A stretch of 64,000 bases of DNA from Eledone cirrhosa (taxonomy: Eukaryota), in assembly GCA_964016885.1 (NCBI GenBank), contig OZ024741.1, positions 155,124,001 to 155,188,000 of the forward strand, read 5' to 3'. Positions 39,076 through 52,523 of the stretch are shown here, piece after piece. The notes below the pieces were generated by a model that was not told where the DNA came from, ran no database searches, and saw only the letters and a program-made list of their open reading frames with translations. How positions within the stretch are numbered: position 1 is the stretch's first letter; each line of letters begins with the position of its first letter. The translations under genes and the position numbers were made by a program.

Positions 39076-41063
39076 AAGACAGGTAAGGCGGCTGGGCCTT
39101 CGGAAATAGTTGCTGAGATGCTGAAGGCATCTGGCACGGTGGGACACACCATGGTCACCCGCATAGTTAACCAAGTCGTACAGAATGGGGTTGTTCCGAA
39201 GGACTGGCATAGCAGCATCATCGTTAACTGTTATAAGGGTAAAGGAGACGCCCTAGATAGGAGTAACTATAGAGGCATTAAATTAATCGACCAGGTCATG
39301 AAGGTCACAGAAAAAGTAATAGCGCAACTAATCAGAGAGAGAATTGACCTAGATGAAATGCAGTTCGGGTTTGTGTCAGGCAAAAGTACCACAGACGCTC
39401 TTTTCATAGTACGACAACTACAGGAGAAGTACCTAGCTAAAGGTAAACCCCTCTACTTAGCTTTTGTCGACTTGGAGAAAGCCTTCGACAGAGTCCCCCG
39501 CTCCATTATCTGGTGGGCTCTTAGAAAACTAGGCGTTGACGAATGGCTTGTGAGGGCTATACAAGCCATGTATAAAGAAACAGTCAGCAAGGTTAGAATT
39601 AACAACGAATATAGTGAAGAGTTTAGCGTAAAAGTTGGCGTCCATCAGGGCTCTGTTCTCAGCCCCCTACTATTTATTATTGCCCTTCAGGCTATAACAG
39701 AGGAGTTCAAGACAGGCTGCCCATGGGAACTCCTATACGCAGACGACCTGACACTCATAGCGGAATCAATGGCCGAGCTAGAGAAGAAATTCCAAACATG
39801 GAAGCACGGCCTAGAGTCAAAAGGACTTAAAATTAACCTGGCTAAGACCAAAGTTCTAGTTTGTAGGAAAGAAAACAAGGCGGCGGTCCCTTCTGGGAAA
39901 TGGTCGTGCTCGGTGTGTAGGAAAGGCGTAGGTAGAAACTCCATTTTGTGTCCTAAATGCAAAGTATGGGTGCATAAAAGATGTAGTGGGATCACAGGTA
40001 AGCTAACTAAGAACATAGATTTTACATGTGGCCGGTGTTCTGGTGCAATAAGTAGCAGCAAGTGCCCACAAAATACTAGCTCTTTCAATTGCGCAGAGGG
40101 TTCTATAGAAATAGTGGACAGCTTCCGTTACCTGGGCGATAAAATCAGCAGTGGGGGAGGGTGCTCTGAAAGTACTGTAGCTAGAGTCAGAACTGGTTGG
40201 AAAAAGTTCAGAGAGCTTATACCACTATTAGCTGCTAAAGGGTTCTCCCTAAAAATGAAAGGCAGGTTGTACGATGCCTGCATACGAACAGCAATGTTGC
40301 ATGGCAGTGAGACCTGGGCATTGTGTGCAGAGGATATACGCAGACTAGAGAGGAACGAAGCTTGCATGCTCCGCTGGATGTGTAACAGTAATATACGTGA
40401 ACGGCAAAGCATAAACGAACTAAGGAAAAAATTAGAGATAAGAGGGATCAGATGTTGTTTACTCGAGAGAAGGCTACGTTGGTATGGACACGTGATGCGC
40501 ATGAAAGTCGATAGCTGTATAACAAAGTGCAGGGCAATAAAGATAGACGGTAGCCACGGAATAGGCAGACCTAGAAAAACCTGGGACGAGCTGATAAACT
40601 CCGACCTCACACACTTACACCTCTCCAAGACAATGTCACTGGACCGAGACCTTTGGCGGTACTCAGTAACAGAGAAGACCCGCCTTGCCAGTAGGCATCT
40701 CTAACAAAATACACCCCGTCCCACCACCACCACCCCCACCCCATCCACACCACCCCGTCCTATGTAAAGTTATGTTGGTGCCGCGCCATCCGGGCCGAAA
40801 CAAATGAGATCGTGTAGGTGTCACGACAAAAAAAACACACAGTCCACGCTGTAATGTGGCCGTGTAGGCAACACGGTAAAAACCTCCCAGACCCACACTG
40901 TAAATGTGGTTGGTGTTAGGAAGGGCATCCAACTGTAGAAAACCTGCCAGACAGTCCTATGCGAGCAAGACAATCACTCTTGCCTCAAGTGGGACTACCC
41001 CCGTCCAAACCCATGCAAGCGTGGAACACGGACGTTAAACGTTGATGATGATGATGATGATGA
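39076..41063 (+). mobile_element. Young RTE LINE, 5'-truncated, uninterrupted RT-PHD-C-terminal frame
   Basis: About 540-aa open frame with all RT motifs (YADD); 3'UTR; (GAT)n tail. Confidence 0.97.
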
Positions 41064-41235
41064 TATGTATATATATATCAATGATATTAATAAATGGAAA
41101 CTATATTTATAAAACCATATAGTTTCCATTTATTAATATCCTTGATATTATACTCCAGAAAACTTGTCGAGTGCTTCGAATCAATTATAAATATATATAT
41201 TTGTTGAATTACCAACAAATTAAATATCCCTTTTG

Positions 41236-41270
<35 letters not shown>

Positions 41271-41274
<4 letters not shown>

Positions 41275-41712
41275 TCATCATTTAACGTCCATCTTCCACG
41301 CTTGCATGGGTTTGGACGGGAGTTTTCCCACTTGAAGCAAGATAGGACTGTCTGGCGGGTTTTCTACGGCTGGATGCCCTTCCTAACACCAACCACGTTT
41401 ACAGTGTGGACTGGGAGGTTTTTACCGTGTTACCTACACGACCACATTACAGCGTGGACTGTGTGTTTTTTTGTCGTGACACCTACACATCCTCATTTGT
41501 TTCGGACTGGATGTTGTGGTACCAACATAACTTCACATTGAAGGGGTGGTGTGGATGGGGTGGGGGTAGTGGGACAGGGGTGTATTTTTGTTAGAAGTGC
41601 CTACTGACTGTAGGTTTCGCTTTGTACTTAGGCAAGGCGGGTCTTCTGTATTACTGTGTAGCGCCAAAGATCTCGGTCCAGTGACATTGTCTTGGAGAGG
41701 TGTAAGTGTGTG
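41271..41712 (-). mobile_element. RTE 3' fragment
   Basis: Reverse complement of the RTE 3' end. Confidence 0.9.
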
Positions 41713-42240
41713 TAACCACTAAGCCATGTGCCTCCATATATATATATATATATGCACAATGGGCTTCCTCACAATTTCTCCACTTCTGTCTACCAAATTT
41801 TACCTGCATGGCATTAGTTAACCTGAGGCTATAACAGAAGACACTTGTTCAAGGTGCTCCGCTGTGTGACTGAATGTGAAGCCATGTTGTGAACCAAACT
41901 CTTTAGCCACATAGATACAGAACACTACATAGGCATGACTAACTAGGTTTTCAACAAGAATAGTTTTGTTTACAACAATCTATAAATCTTTTATCCCTCA
42001 ATATCTCAGATTAAGTAAGTGCTGAAGATGGATAATAATCCTTAAATATACATATATGACATTCTTACACTGGTGACTGAAGTAGCTGTCATATATAACA
42101 CAGCTTAAAATACTCACAGTGAGTCTATATAAAAATGTTTATTATACATAAACATATTGTATATAGGTTCATATATATATGTAGTGCACCTGAGCGCTGT
42201 ACACAATAATTTCATTATTATTATTATTATATACTTTAAG

Positions 42241-42433
42241 GGCGGTGGATTGGCAGATCCAGTAGAGAGTCGGACGCCATGCTTTGACGCATAGAGTTAC
42301 GGTCCTTACCATTCTGAGTTCAAATCCTGCCGAGGTTAACTTTGCCTTTCATCCTTACGGGGTCGATAAAATAAAGTACCAGTAATGCACTGGGTAATTG
42401 CTGGCCTTGTGCCAAAAGTAGAAACAATTATTA
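42241..42433 (+). mobile_element. SINE family B (further copies 53485-53670, 59362-59531, 20700-20800, 735-950 on -)
   Basis: tggcag A box, gagttcaaatcc B box; TSD ttattatatacttt. Confidence 0.85.
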
Positions 42434-42758
42434 TATACTTTGGTAGGTGGGTAGCTTGGTATATACATATGATGATGATAAACATATATATATATATATG
42501 TTTATGTTAAACGATGATGATGATTATATATATATATATATATATATACATACACACACACATATATATATAGACAAAGAGAGAGAGAGAGAAAAATTTG
42601 CCCACCAGTCATTTTATGTATAATCTTTTTCTCTTCTCTCTCACTCCTGCTCTCTGTCTGTCTGTTTTTCTTTCTCCCCTTCTCTCTCTCTCTATCTTTA
42701 CTCTCACACTGTCTCTCCCTTTCCTCTCTCTCTTTCTTTCTCTCTCTCTCACTCTCCC

Positions 42759-42801
<43 letters not shown>

Positions 42802-42899
42802 TGAATATCTAATATTAGAGCTGTGAATCATCAAGGCTAGTTTATTGTAGCAGTAAACAAGAACTGACAAGAATTTACATATATATCTATGTATGTATG

Positions 42900-42944
<45 letters not shown>

Positions 42945-43049
42945 ATATATATATATATGTGTGTGTGAGGCCAGTGGAAGCAAGCAAGCAAGAACTGACA
43001 GGAATATACATACATACATTGTGTGTGTATCTTCTCTTCTTTTAATCGG

Positions 43050-43425
43050 CTCCTTGACCGAGCTACAGTCCAGGGTCAAGCACAGACTAATGTTGGGTGC
43101 CTGGCATCTGGAGTGCAGCCAGAGACTCACTGCACTTTACCAGTTGGACAATGTGATAGGGAGCCAGAAAACAATGTTTGCTTTCTATAGAGAGTTAGTG
43201 GAATATATGAGTGATGATGGCTGGAGCATGGCTCTGAGTGTTCACGAGGACAGTTTTAGCAGATATTTCTGGAGGGCTTTCATGTCAGGGATTATAACAT
43301 GGCAGTGCTACTAAGGACATTACCAGTTCGAAACACACCCTACAGGTATGGAAGTGTCCACAGCCAAACCTGTCTGAAATTCACACAGAGCAATGAAACT
43401 GTTCTACACATTACTACCATCAATA
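43050..43425 (+). mobile_element. L1/Tx1-like LINE C-terminal fragment
   Basis: zf-RVT-like W..Y...LPVR...RYG.....C......ETVLH. Confidence 0.55.
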
Positions 43426-44548
43426 TCCCAAATGCAAAGTATGGGTGCATAAAAGATGTAGTGGGATTACAGGTAAGCTAACTAAGAATATAGATTTTAT
43501 ATGTGGCCGGTGCTCTGGTGCAATAAGTAGCAGCAAGTGCCCACAGAATACTAGCTCATTCCATTGCACAGATGGTTCTATAGAAATAGTGGACAGCTTC
43601 CGTTACCTGGGTGATAAAATCAGCAGTGGGGGAGGGTGCTCTGAAAGTACAGTAGCTAGAGTCAGAACGGGATGGAAAAAGTTCAGAGAGCTTATACGAC
43701 TATTGGCCGCTAAAGGTTTCTTTCTAAAAATGAAAGGCAGGCTGTATGATGCCTGCATACGAACAGCAATGTTAATATGGCAGTGAGACTTGGGCATTGT
43801 GTGTAGAGGATCTATGCAGACTGGAGAGGAACGAAGCTTGCATGCTCTGCTGGATGTGTAATAGTAATATACGTGAACGGCAAAGCATAAATGAACTAAG
43901 TGAGAAATTAGGTATAAGAGGGATCAGATGTTGTTTATTCGAGAGAAGACTACGTTGGTATGGTCACATGATGCGCATGAAAGACGACAGCTGTATAAAA
44001 AAGTGCAGGGCGATCAAAATAGACGGTAGCCACGGAGTAGGCAGACCCAGAAAAACCTGGGACAACTTGAATAATTCCGACCTCACACACTTACACCTCT
44101 CCAAGACAATGTCACTGGACCGAGATATTTGGCGCTACACAGTAATACAGAAGACCCGCCTTGCCTAAGTACAAAGCAGAACCTACAGTCAGTAGGCACC
44201 TCTTAACAAAAATACACCCGTCCCACTACCCCCACTCCATCCACACCACCCCTTTCGATGTAAAGTCATGTTGGTACCACAACATCCAGTCCGAAATAAA
44301 TGAGGTCGTGTAGGTGTCACAACAAAAAAAAAACACAGTCTACGCTGTGATGTGGCCGTGTAGGTAACACGGTAAAAACCTCTCAGTCCACACTGTAAAC
44401 GTGGTTGGTGTTAGGAAGGGCATCCAGCCGTAGAAAACCCGCCAGACAGTCCTATACGAGCAAGATAACCAATCTTGCCTCAAGTGGGAAAATTCCTGTC
44501 CAAATCCATGCAAGCGTGGAAGATGGACGTTAAACGATGATGACGATG
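43426..44548 (+). mobile_element. RTE LINE 3' portion
   Basis: High identity to 39950-41060; (GAT)n tail. Confidence 0.93.
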
Positions 44549-47500
44549 AATGTATTTTCATTACAAAATTTCTAATAAAAAATACTGCCTATAGTTTTCA
44601 AGTACTTGTGAATATTATCAAAAATTTGGAGAAATTCGACAATACTAGCATTTTTTCAACCTGCTGACGCGTATGTGCATATGCTTACATTTATATGTAT
44701 GAGTATATAAATATAAATGTACAAACACAGACACACACAAATACACACTTACACATACATTCACACAAACATGCACAGCATAACAAATGGAATGCCAGCC
44801 ACTATTTTGCTATAGTTTTTCATCACCCCCTGCCTTCTTTTTATACACATACATTCATATAGGCTGCAGAAATAAACAGAGAGGAGTAGTATGAGGTAGT
44901 CAAACTACTCCTCTCTCTTTACGTGTTGTGACAGAATCACAGAAATTTATATTTAGATAATTAACTGTATCATTATAAAGCTGGTGTTTGGAACAACTTA
45001 TCAAAAGTTCTTACATAAAATTATGCTTGAAGTTTTTTAGTTAAAAATAAATGTGCCACCCACCCATATTGTATTTCCCCTCCCACCCTATCACATCCTT
45101 AATTCCTTTCCTTGCACAACCCATGCCAGCATAGAAACCAGGTACACTTTGCAATATACCATTAGATGCAACTTACTATCTTCAAGGTCACTCCCATAAG
45201 GTGACGCTTCTTCCCCCGTGGTGGTATAACCTCCCCTCCTATTCTGTAAAGTGGTAGCACTGGTGCCACAATGAAAAGCACCCAGTTCATGCTAAGGTAA
45301 GGCAATAGTGCTGGTGCCAGGACAAGAATACCCAGTCCATCCTGTAAGGTGGTAATGCTAGAGTCAGTAAAATATTCCCAGTTCATGCTGTAAAGTGGTT
45401 GGTGTTAGGAAGGGGATCCAGTTATAGAAACCACACTCCCAGTGCATGCTGTAAAGTGTTTGGCATTATGAAGGGCATCCAATTGTAGAAACCAAGCCCA
45501 AAATGGAATACACAAATAAGATATGGTCGCCTGACTAGTCTAGCTTCAAAAGATGACAACTCATCTAACCCATGAAAGTATTGAAATATAGCTGTGATGA
45601 TGATGAAACTAAACAGCTTTCTATCAGAAGAGTTAATAAAGCTTGTTATCTCTTTCCCTCATAATATATCCATTTCTCTCCGTCTGTCTGTCTGTCACTT
45701 TGTTTTTCTATCTCACTGTCTCTCTATATCCCCCCTCACACTATTTTTATCTCACTGTCTCTCAATATCCTCTGTCTATTTCTATCTCTCTCCAGTATGT
45801 GTGATTTTATTGTTATTGTTGATTTTTTATATTTATTTTTTGCCTTTCTCTTCCTCATCTTCTTTGTACTCTCCCTCTTATCCTCTATCTTCCACTCCTC
45901 CTTTTTCTCCTCCTCTCTTCTGGTTATCTTTGTATTAGGAATGTTAAAAGTAGATTAGCCTGATGACCCTAGTGGCATGCTGCTACTGTCACACCCTGTC
46001 CTATATGATAAGCCACAGCATGTCAGAGTGGAACAGTTTTGGGGTAGGTATGATCCCTCACTATACTGAGGCGTGTTGTGTCAGTATATTACATGTGGAG
46101 CAGTGGATTTGTGGATCATATCAGATATACCTGATGTTGTTCAACTCAATGTTTATGAGCCGAATATGGCAGGGATGGATGAGATGCACTATACTAGGTT
46201 TAAATTTGGGGTACATTTTAAACTGGGGTTGATTAAAACCCATTAATTATGGCATCAAATAGGCAGAATCATTAGAGCATCAGATCAAATGCCTTGGGAC
46301 TTGTTATGGGTTTTGTGTGTTGAGTTCAAATCCTGCTGAAGTCAATTTTGCCTTTCATCTTTTCAGGAGTCAATAAACAAAGTACCAGTCCTCTCTTATC
46401 CAGGGATGGTGGGGTTGGTATATTCGTTGAAGAGTTGGGCAGAGTGCTTTGCAGTATCTGTTCTAGCATTCTGAGTTCAAATCTTGCCTCCTGTCAGACA
46501 AGAGAAACTGTGAGACTTCTACTAGGAGTTGCAACCAGCAGATAGTATCAGCAATAGAAACACAGTTGCCGTGGTCTGATCTGACAATTGGCTCCTTTCT
46601 TCTGCCAGGAGTTGCAACTGACAAATAACATCAGCATTGTACAAACCAATGGAAATATTGTTTTCTTTGTCTGATCTGACAACCGGATCCTTTCTTCTGC
46701 TAAAAGTTGCTACCAACAGATATAATCAGCAACAGAAACTTGTTTTTCATAGTCTGATCAAATGATCAGCTTTCCTTTCGTCTTCTTTTTTTAGTTCCAC
46801 GGGAGTAAGTTTCAAGTGCATAAGGACTTGCGATAGTACATTTGGGGCGAGAAAAAATAATGAATCTTTAAATCTATAAATTCATATGTTCTTTTCTAGA
46901 GACAACAACTCTTGATAGAGTTGTAGGGGCACCACCATCATGGACATTTTAAACCTGACAGTACCCTGTCTGAAGACAGCCTATTTCTTCAGAGAGAGAG
47001 AGTGGGGTGCAGAGAAATTGACCCCAGTACTTGACTCTTACTTCATTTATCAACCCTCAAAAGGATAGAAGACAAAGTAGCCTTGGTAGGGTTTGAACAT
47101 AGAGCACAAAGAGCAAGAATGAATATCAAAAGGTACTCTATCTGACGACTGCCAATTTTGTTCAACAAATGATATATCCTATTTTGTGTCTTAATAGAGG
47201 CACTTTTTTCCTGGAAAATATCTCTAAAAACCACTGTATCATATAAGCTGAGGGTTAATGATGGGAGTTAGGAGTTCACGCTAAAATAAGGTGAGCACTA
47301 GGCTATCACATGTATCAAACCTAACCTTATTTCTTTAGCCAAAATTTCATATATTTGATTTAAATTTAAGTGCTCTATCCTGCTTTGTGATGAATTTGTC
47401 ACAATTAGGGAAGATTTCAAGCTGAAATAAGGTTAAGTTTTAGTGGAATAAATACTAGTTGGTATTAGACACTCAATTTTTTCTTGTGATTATTACCTTC

Positions 47501-48477
47501 TAAATAGTATGTCTAGTATGTCTAAATCAGTTGTGTGTCTTATATTTTATAAGCCAGGAAATATGTTAATTATAGATAGAGTGGGTAAAATAGTGTTGAG
47601 TTGGTGGTATATATGCATGTATGGTCCTGTAACTCCTGGGGGAGTTGTAGAGGTGCTGTATTGACATACAACATCTGTAGGGCATTTTAAAATGTGACAG
47701 AGCCCATCCCTCTCCAGGTCTGAATACAGCAGATTTCTTCCAGGGAAGAATAGAAAGTGAGAGATAGATATAGAGGAAGAATCCACTCAGTACTTGACTA
47801 GTACTTTTTTTTATTGATCTCGAATGGATCAAAGGCAAAATTGACCTCGGTGGAATTTGAATTCAGGGAGCCAAAACAAATACTGCAAAGCATTCTATCC
47901 AATGTTCTAAAACCTCTGCCAGTTTGCAGCTGGTGCTATATATACACATATATAAATCATCATCATCATTATTTTTACATCCACTTTCTACACAGGCATG
48001 GGTTGGATAGCCTGAGTGAGACCAGACATGTTTGAGTGACCAGTCATACTTATTGTATTTCATATTTAACATGGTTTTATGACATGATGCCTTGTCTAAT
48101 GCCAACTGCTTTACAAGGTGTACTGGGTGCATTTTTCATAACACTAGCACAACCATTTTTCTGAGTGGACTGGGTGCATATCATGAGAAAGAGAAGAATA
48201 AAAGTAGATAGAAAGATATATATATGTAGAGAGAGTCAGAGATATTAAAGGTAGATAGAAGGAGAGAGCTGAAGTTAGATAGCCTGTTATCCATAAATGG
48301 TAATCTGCCAGCAGATGAAACTATTCATCGTTCAATGTTTACACTAGTTTGTTCTGTTCTGTTCCATTTTCTTTTGGAATTTCCTTGTCCGTTTTTAATG
48401 CTCATCTCTTTATATCACCTCTCTATCTCTCTCACTCCCTCTCAGACTTTATATCGTTTTCTCTTTCAGACTTTCAA

Positions 48478-48573
<96 letters not shown>

Positions 48574-48715
48574 CCCATTAATTTCTTGCTTTCTTCCCTC
48601 TGCCTGACTTCTCAGAATCCTCATTTCTTGCCTGTCTGACAAATTTGGGTGGGAATTAATCAGGCATATATGTGTGTGTGTATATGTACACATGTATGTA
48701 TATCTCTATATATAT

Positions 48716-48759
<44 letters not shown>

Positions 48760-49280
48760 TGTGTGTATGTATGCATACATTTAACCAGTTCAGTAAATTG
48801 GTAGAGTTGTTAGAGTGTTGTATTAAATATCTCAATACTTTTTCCAGTTCGTTGCACTCTGAGAGACCCATTCCTGTTATGGCCAAGATCAAAATTGCCT
48901 GTCATTCTTTTGGGGGGTCAGTAAATAAAGTATCAGTTCAGGCCCTGTAAATTTGCAAAGTTAGTCAGGATGCTTTGAGGTATCTGATCTGGCTCTGTGC
49001 ATTCTGAGTTCAAATCCTGCCTCCTGCTGGTAGTTGTGACTGGCAGATAGTATCAGCAATGGGAACAACAATGGAAATATAAACATCATATGCCAGAAGG
49101 TTGTCACTAGCATACAGTATGACCAATGCAAACACCAATGAAAACATCGTTTGCTGGGTCCATTCTATAGATCAGCTCCTTTCTTCCTCATTAATCTTGC
49201 TATTACAAATCGGCCCTCTCATTAAACTAGAGGGCTCCTACATCTATAGTGGCTGTTGTTCATCGCATTTTACATAAATA

Positions 49281-49346
<66 letters not shown>

Positions 49347-49739
49347 CACATACACACACTTTCGTTGTCTCTCTCTGGTGATGGTGATGGACAGTGGTGG
49401 TTGTGTTGATGATAGTGCTTATGATGGTGGTGATGGTGATGCCTCAGCAATAAGCTAAAAATAGAAGTTCTTCCATTCTTTTCTTATATTCTTAGGATAA
49501 ACAAACGTAAAATGTTGCCAAGTTATTCCTCATTTCTCTTCCTCATTCCAACAACACTTACCCTGCCCCACCCTAGCCCTGCCAGACTCCCGCCACCCAC
49601 ACAACCACCCAGCAGGCACACGCCCGCCTAGTGAAGGCAGGAAACATACATACATGAAGCACCTTTACATGTCCTGTACAGAAGTGTGTGTAGTTATTTA
49701 AATTTTTCTCTCTTCACCTTCAATTGTTGTAAATATATA

Positions 49740-49788
49740 TGTGTACGTGACTATACATATATGTATGTATATGTATCTACATATATGT

Positions 49789-49844
<56 letters not shown>

Positions 49845-50212
49845 GTATGCCTATGTGTATTTGTATAATATATACATATATATATATATACATATGTGTA
49901 TATATATATATATACATATATATATGTATACATATGTGTGTATATATATATACATATATATATGTGTGTGTATATATATATATATATGTGTGTGTATATA
50001 TATATGTATATGTATATATATTTATATGTATATATGTACATATATATATATGTATATATATATATGTATATATGTATATATACATATGTATATATTTATG
50101 TATATATACATATGTATATATATATATGTATATATTTATATGTATATATATATGTATATATATATATATGAATATATATATGTATATATATGTGTATATA
50201 TATGTATATATA

Positions 50213-50289
<77 letters not shown>

Positions 50290-50358
50290 GTATATATATG
50301 TATATATATATATATACTGATATGTATATATATACATACCAGTATATATATACATATA

Positions 50359-50408
<50 letters not shown>

Positions 50409-50411
50409 CAT

Positions 50412-50444
<33 letters not shown>

Positions 50445-50450
50445 CACACG
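49740..50450. repeat. Long (TA)n/(TG)n compound microsatellite
   Basis: Direct inspection. Confidence 0.97.
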
Positions 50451-50645
50451 CTTTTGAAGAAGTGTGTGCTGTGTTTACCTTAACTGGCAATGGTAGTTAA
50501 ACATTATTTACATTTTTACACTTTTGATAATGATAATAATAATAATAATTGGCGACTCTGGAAAGTAGATGTTAAGAAATAAACAAATTGAAACATAAGA
50601 TGTTTGATGTACAGGTATCTTTCTTTCTATCTATCTATCTATCTA

Positions 50646-50708
<63 letters not shown>

Positions 50709-50728
50709 ATATCTACAATATATGTTGC

Positions 50729-50757
<29 letters not shown>

Positions 50758-50766
<9 letters not shown>

Positions 50767-51172
50767 TATAAGATCAAAAGATGGTTAAAAGAGTTCCAAG
50801 TATTTTATTATGCGCATTTCAAAAACAAATATCATCATGGATGATATCTGCGTTCTCATCAGATAAAATAGGGTTACATGATATGAAGCTTAAAAAACAC
50901 TTGTGAATAGTGAAGTTTTAAATCATTGATTTAAAACTTCACTATTCACAAGTGTTTTTTAAGCTTCATATCATGTAACCCTATTTTATCTGATGAGAAC
51001 GCAGATATCATCCATGATGATATTTGTTTTTGAAATGCGCATAATAAAATACTTGGAACTCTTTTAACCATCTTTTGATCTTATATTATTTATACTCCAG
51101 TCCTACAAACTGTAGAGTGCTACTTATCTGATATATGCATTGCTTTATTGTGCTACAATAAAACTCACCTCC
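50758..51172 (+). mobile_element. Penelope-like pLTR remnant with a perfect inverted duplication (50758-51094)
   Basis: 168-bp perfect arms, 1-nt loop at 50926, HHR in each arm, ~80-bp unique 3' extension, (TA)n flanks. Confidence 0.75.
50982..51051 (+). ncRNA. Type I hammerhead ribozyme motif (identical mirror copy on - strand at 50801-50870)
   Basis: tattttat-CTGATGA-16-bp stem II (one mismatch)-GAAA-tgcgca-TA-ataaaata; 8-bp stem I, palindromic stem III. Confidence 0.85.
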
Positions 51173-51429
51173 TATATATATATATCTGCAAAAATTAAAC
51201 GGAAAACACACACGTACATACACACACATATATATATAGATGTGATATATGTATATATATGTGTATATACGTGTGTACATATTTATAGAGAGAAAGAGGG
51301 TGGGTTTTGGAGTAAGTGTGAATATAGGGAAAATGTTTATAAATATGTATATACATACAATATATTCCGCTTCATGCATACATATGTATGTCTGTGTGTA
51401 TGTATATGCGCATGTGTATGTGTGTATAT

Positions 51430-52306
51430 GACGATGGGCTAGGTAGTGTCGGCATCCTATTAGCTGAGAAATGGATAGACAAAATGATAGAGGTAGTTAG
51501 AATAAAAGACAGAATTAACAAGCTTAGTATAGCTGTAGGAAATAAAATGGTGACAACTACAGAACAAAATGACAGGTTCTATGAGGAACGTTTACAGACA
51601 ATTTTTTTTCTCTTCACATTCAATTGTTGTAAATATATATGAGTACATAAAAGAGACTGATAAAAGAGACCTTATTATCCTGGCAGGCGACTTCAATGGA
51701 CATGTGGTGGTAGTACCAGGATGGATTCTATGGAGTTCATGGTGGCTATAGTTATAGTTCAAGAAATAAGGAGGGAGTAAGATCCTGGAATTTGGTGACA
51801 CAAATGAACTAACCATTTGCAACACAAATTTCAGGAAATCAACTAGCCATCTGATCTCATATCAACCAGGTGAACATACAAGTAAGATTGATTACTTACT
51901 TGCAAGACAAGATAAACAGTTAGGCCCTCCCTGGAGAGGAATGTGCCACCCAACACAAGTTAGTTATTAGTGACATCAGAATAAACACAAGACAGAACAA
52001 GATATGCACAAAAATATGGAGATGAAGGGTTTGGAAGCTAAAAGACCTGTAGGTTTAGAAAGGCCCTGTGAGATGCATTTGATGAAAATGGTGATGAATT
52101 AGTTGCATATAATGTAGAGGACAACTGGAAATTCTTGTGTGACAACCTTTGTGAACTACTGATGAGACTTGTGACTGGAGTAAAGCACCAGCCAAACCGA
52201 GGGTGACCAAGTGGTGGAACAGCACAGATAGAAACATCAAAGCTAAGACACAGACATGGAAAGACTGGAGAAATGGGGGTAGCAGAGACCAGTACCAAGT
52301 AGCTAA
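51430..52306 (+). mobile_element. Decayed RTE endonuclease region
   Basis: VGILLAEKW, LAGDFNGHV, ICNTNFRK, IDYLL, QHKLVISD (AP endonuclease motifs). Confidence 0.85.
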
Positions 52307-52523
52307 GTTGGGGTTCATCAGAGTCACGTACTCACCTGCTTCCACCGAAAATTATAGAAGCTGGATTCTTATAGAATTCCAGTAATAATCAGGAGCTGAT
52401 TATACAGAGTGATTTCCGGTCCAGCAAAAATTACGTATTAGGATTGGTGCTCTGAAATAGCGATGTATACATGTATGTATGTATTGTATATTTAGCAATA
52501 TACTGTATGTTTAATTATACATT

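Noticed and set aside
45955-46020. CTGATGA as another hammerhead
   Set aside because: No downstream GAAA or stem I partner; the same applies to the minus-strand CTGATGA near 35720
49741-50490. Long YIYI/ICIY ORFs (also 38549-38750 and 42502-43130)
   Set aside because: Translations of (TA)n/(GA)n microsatellites
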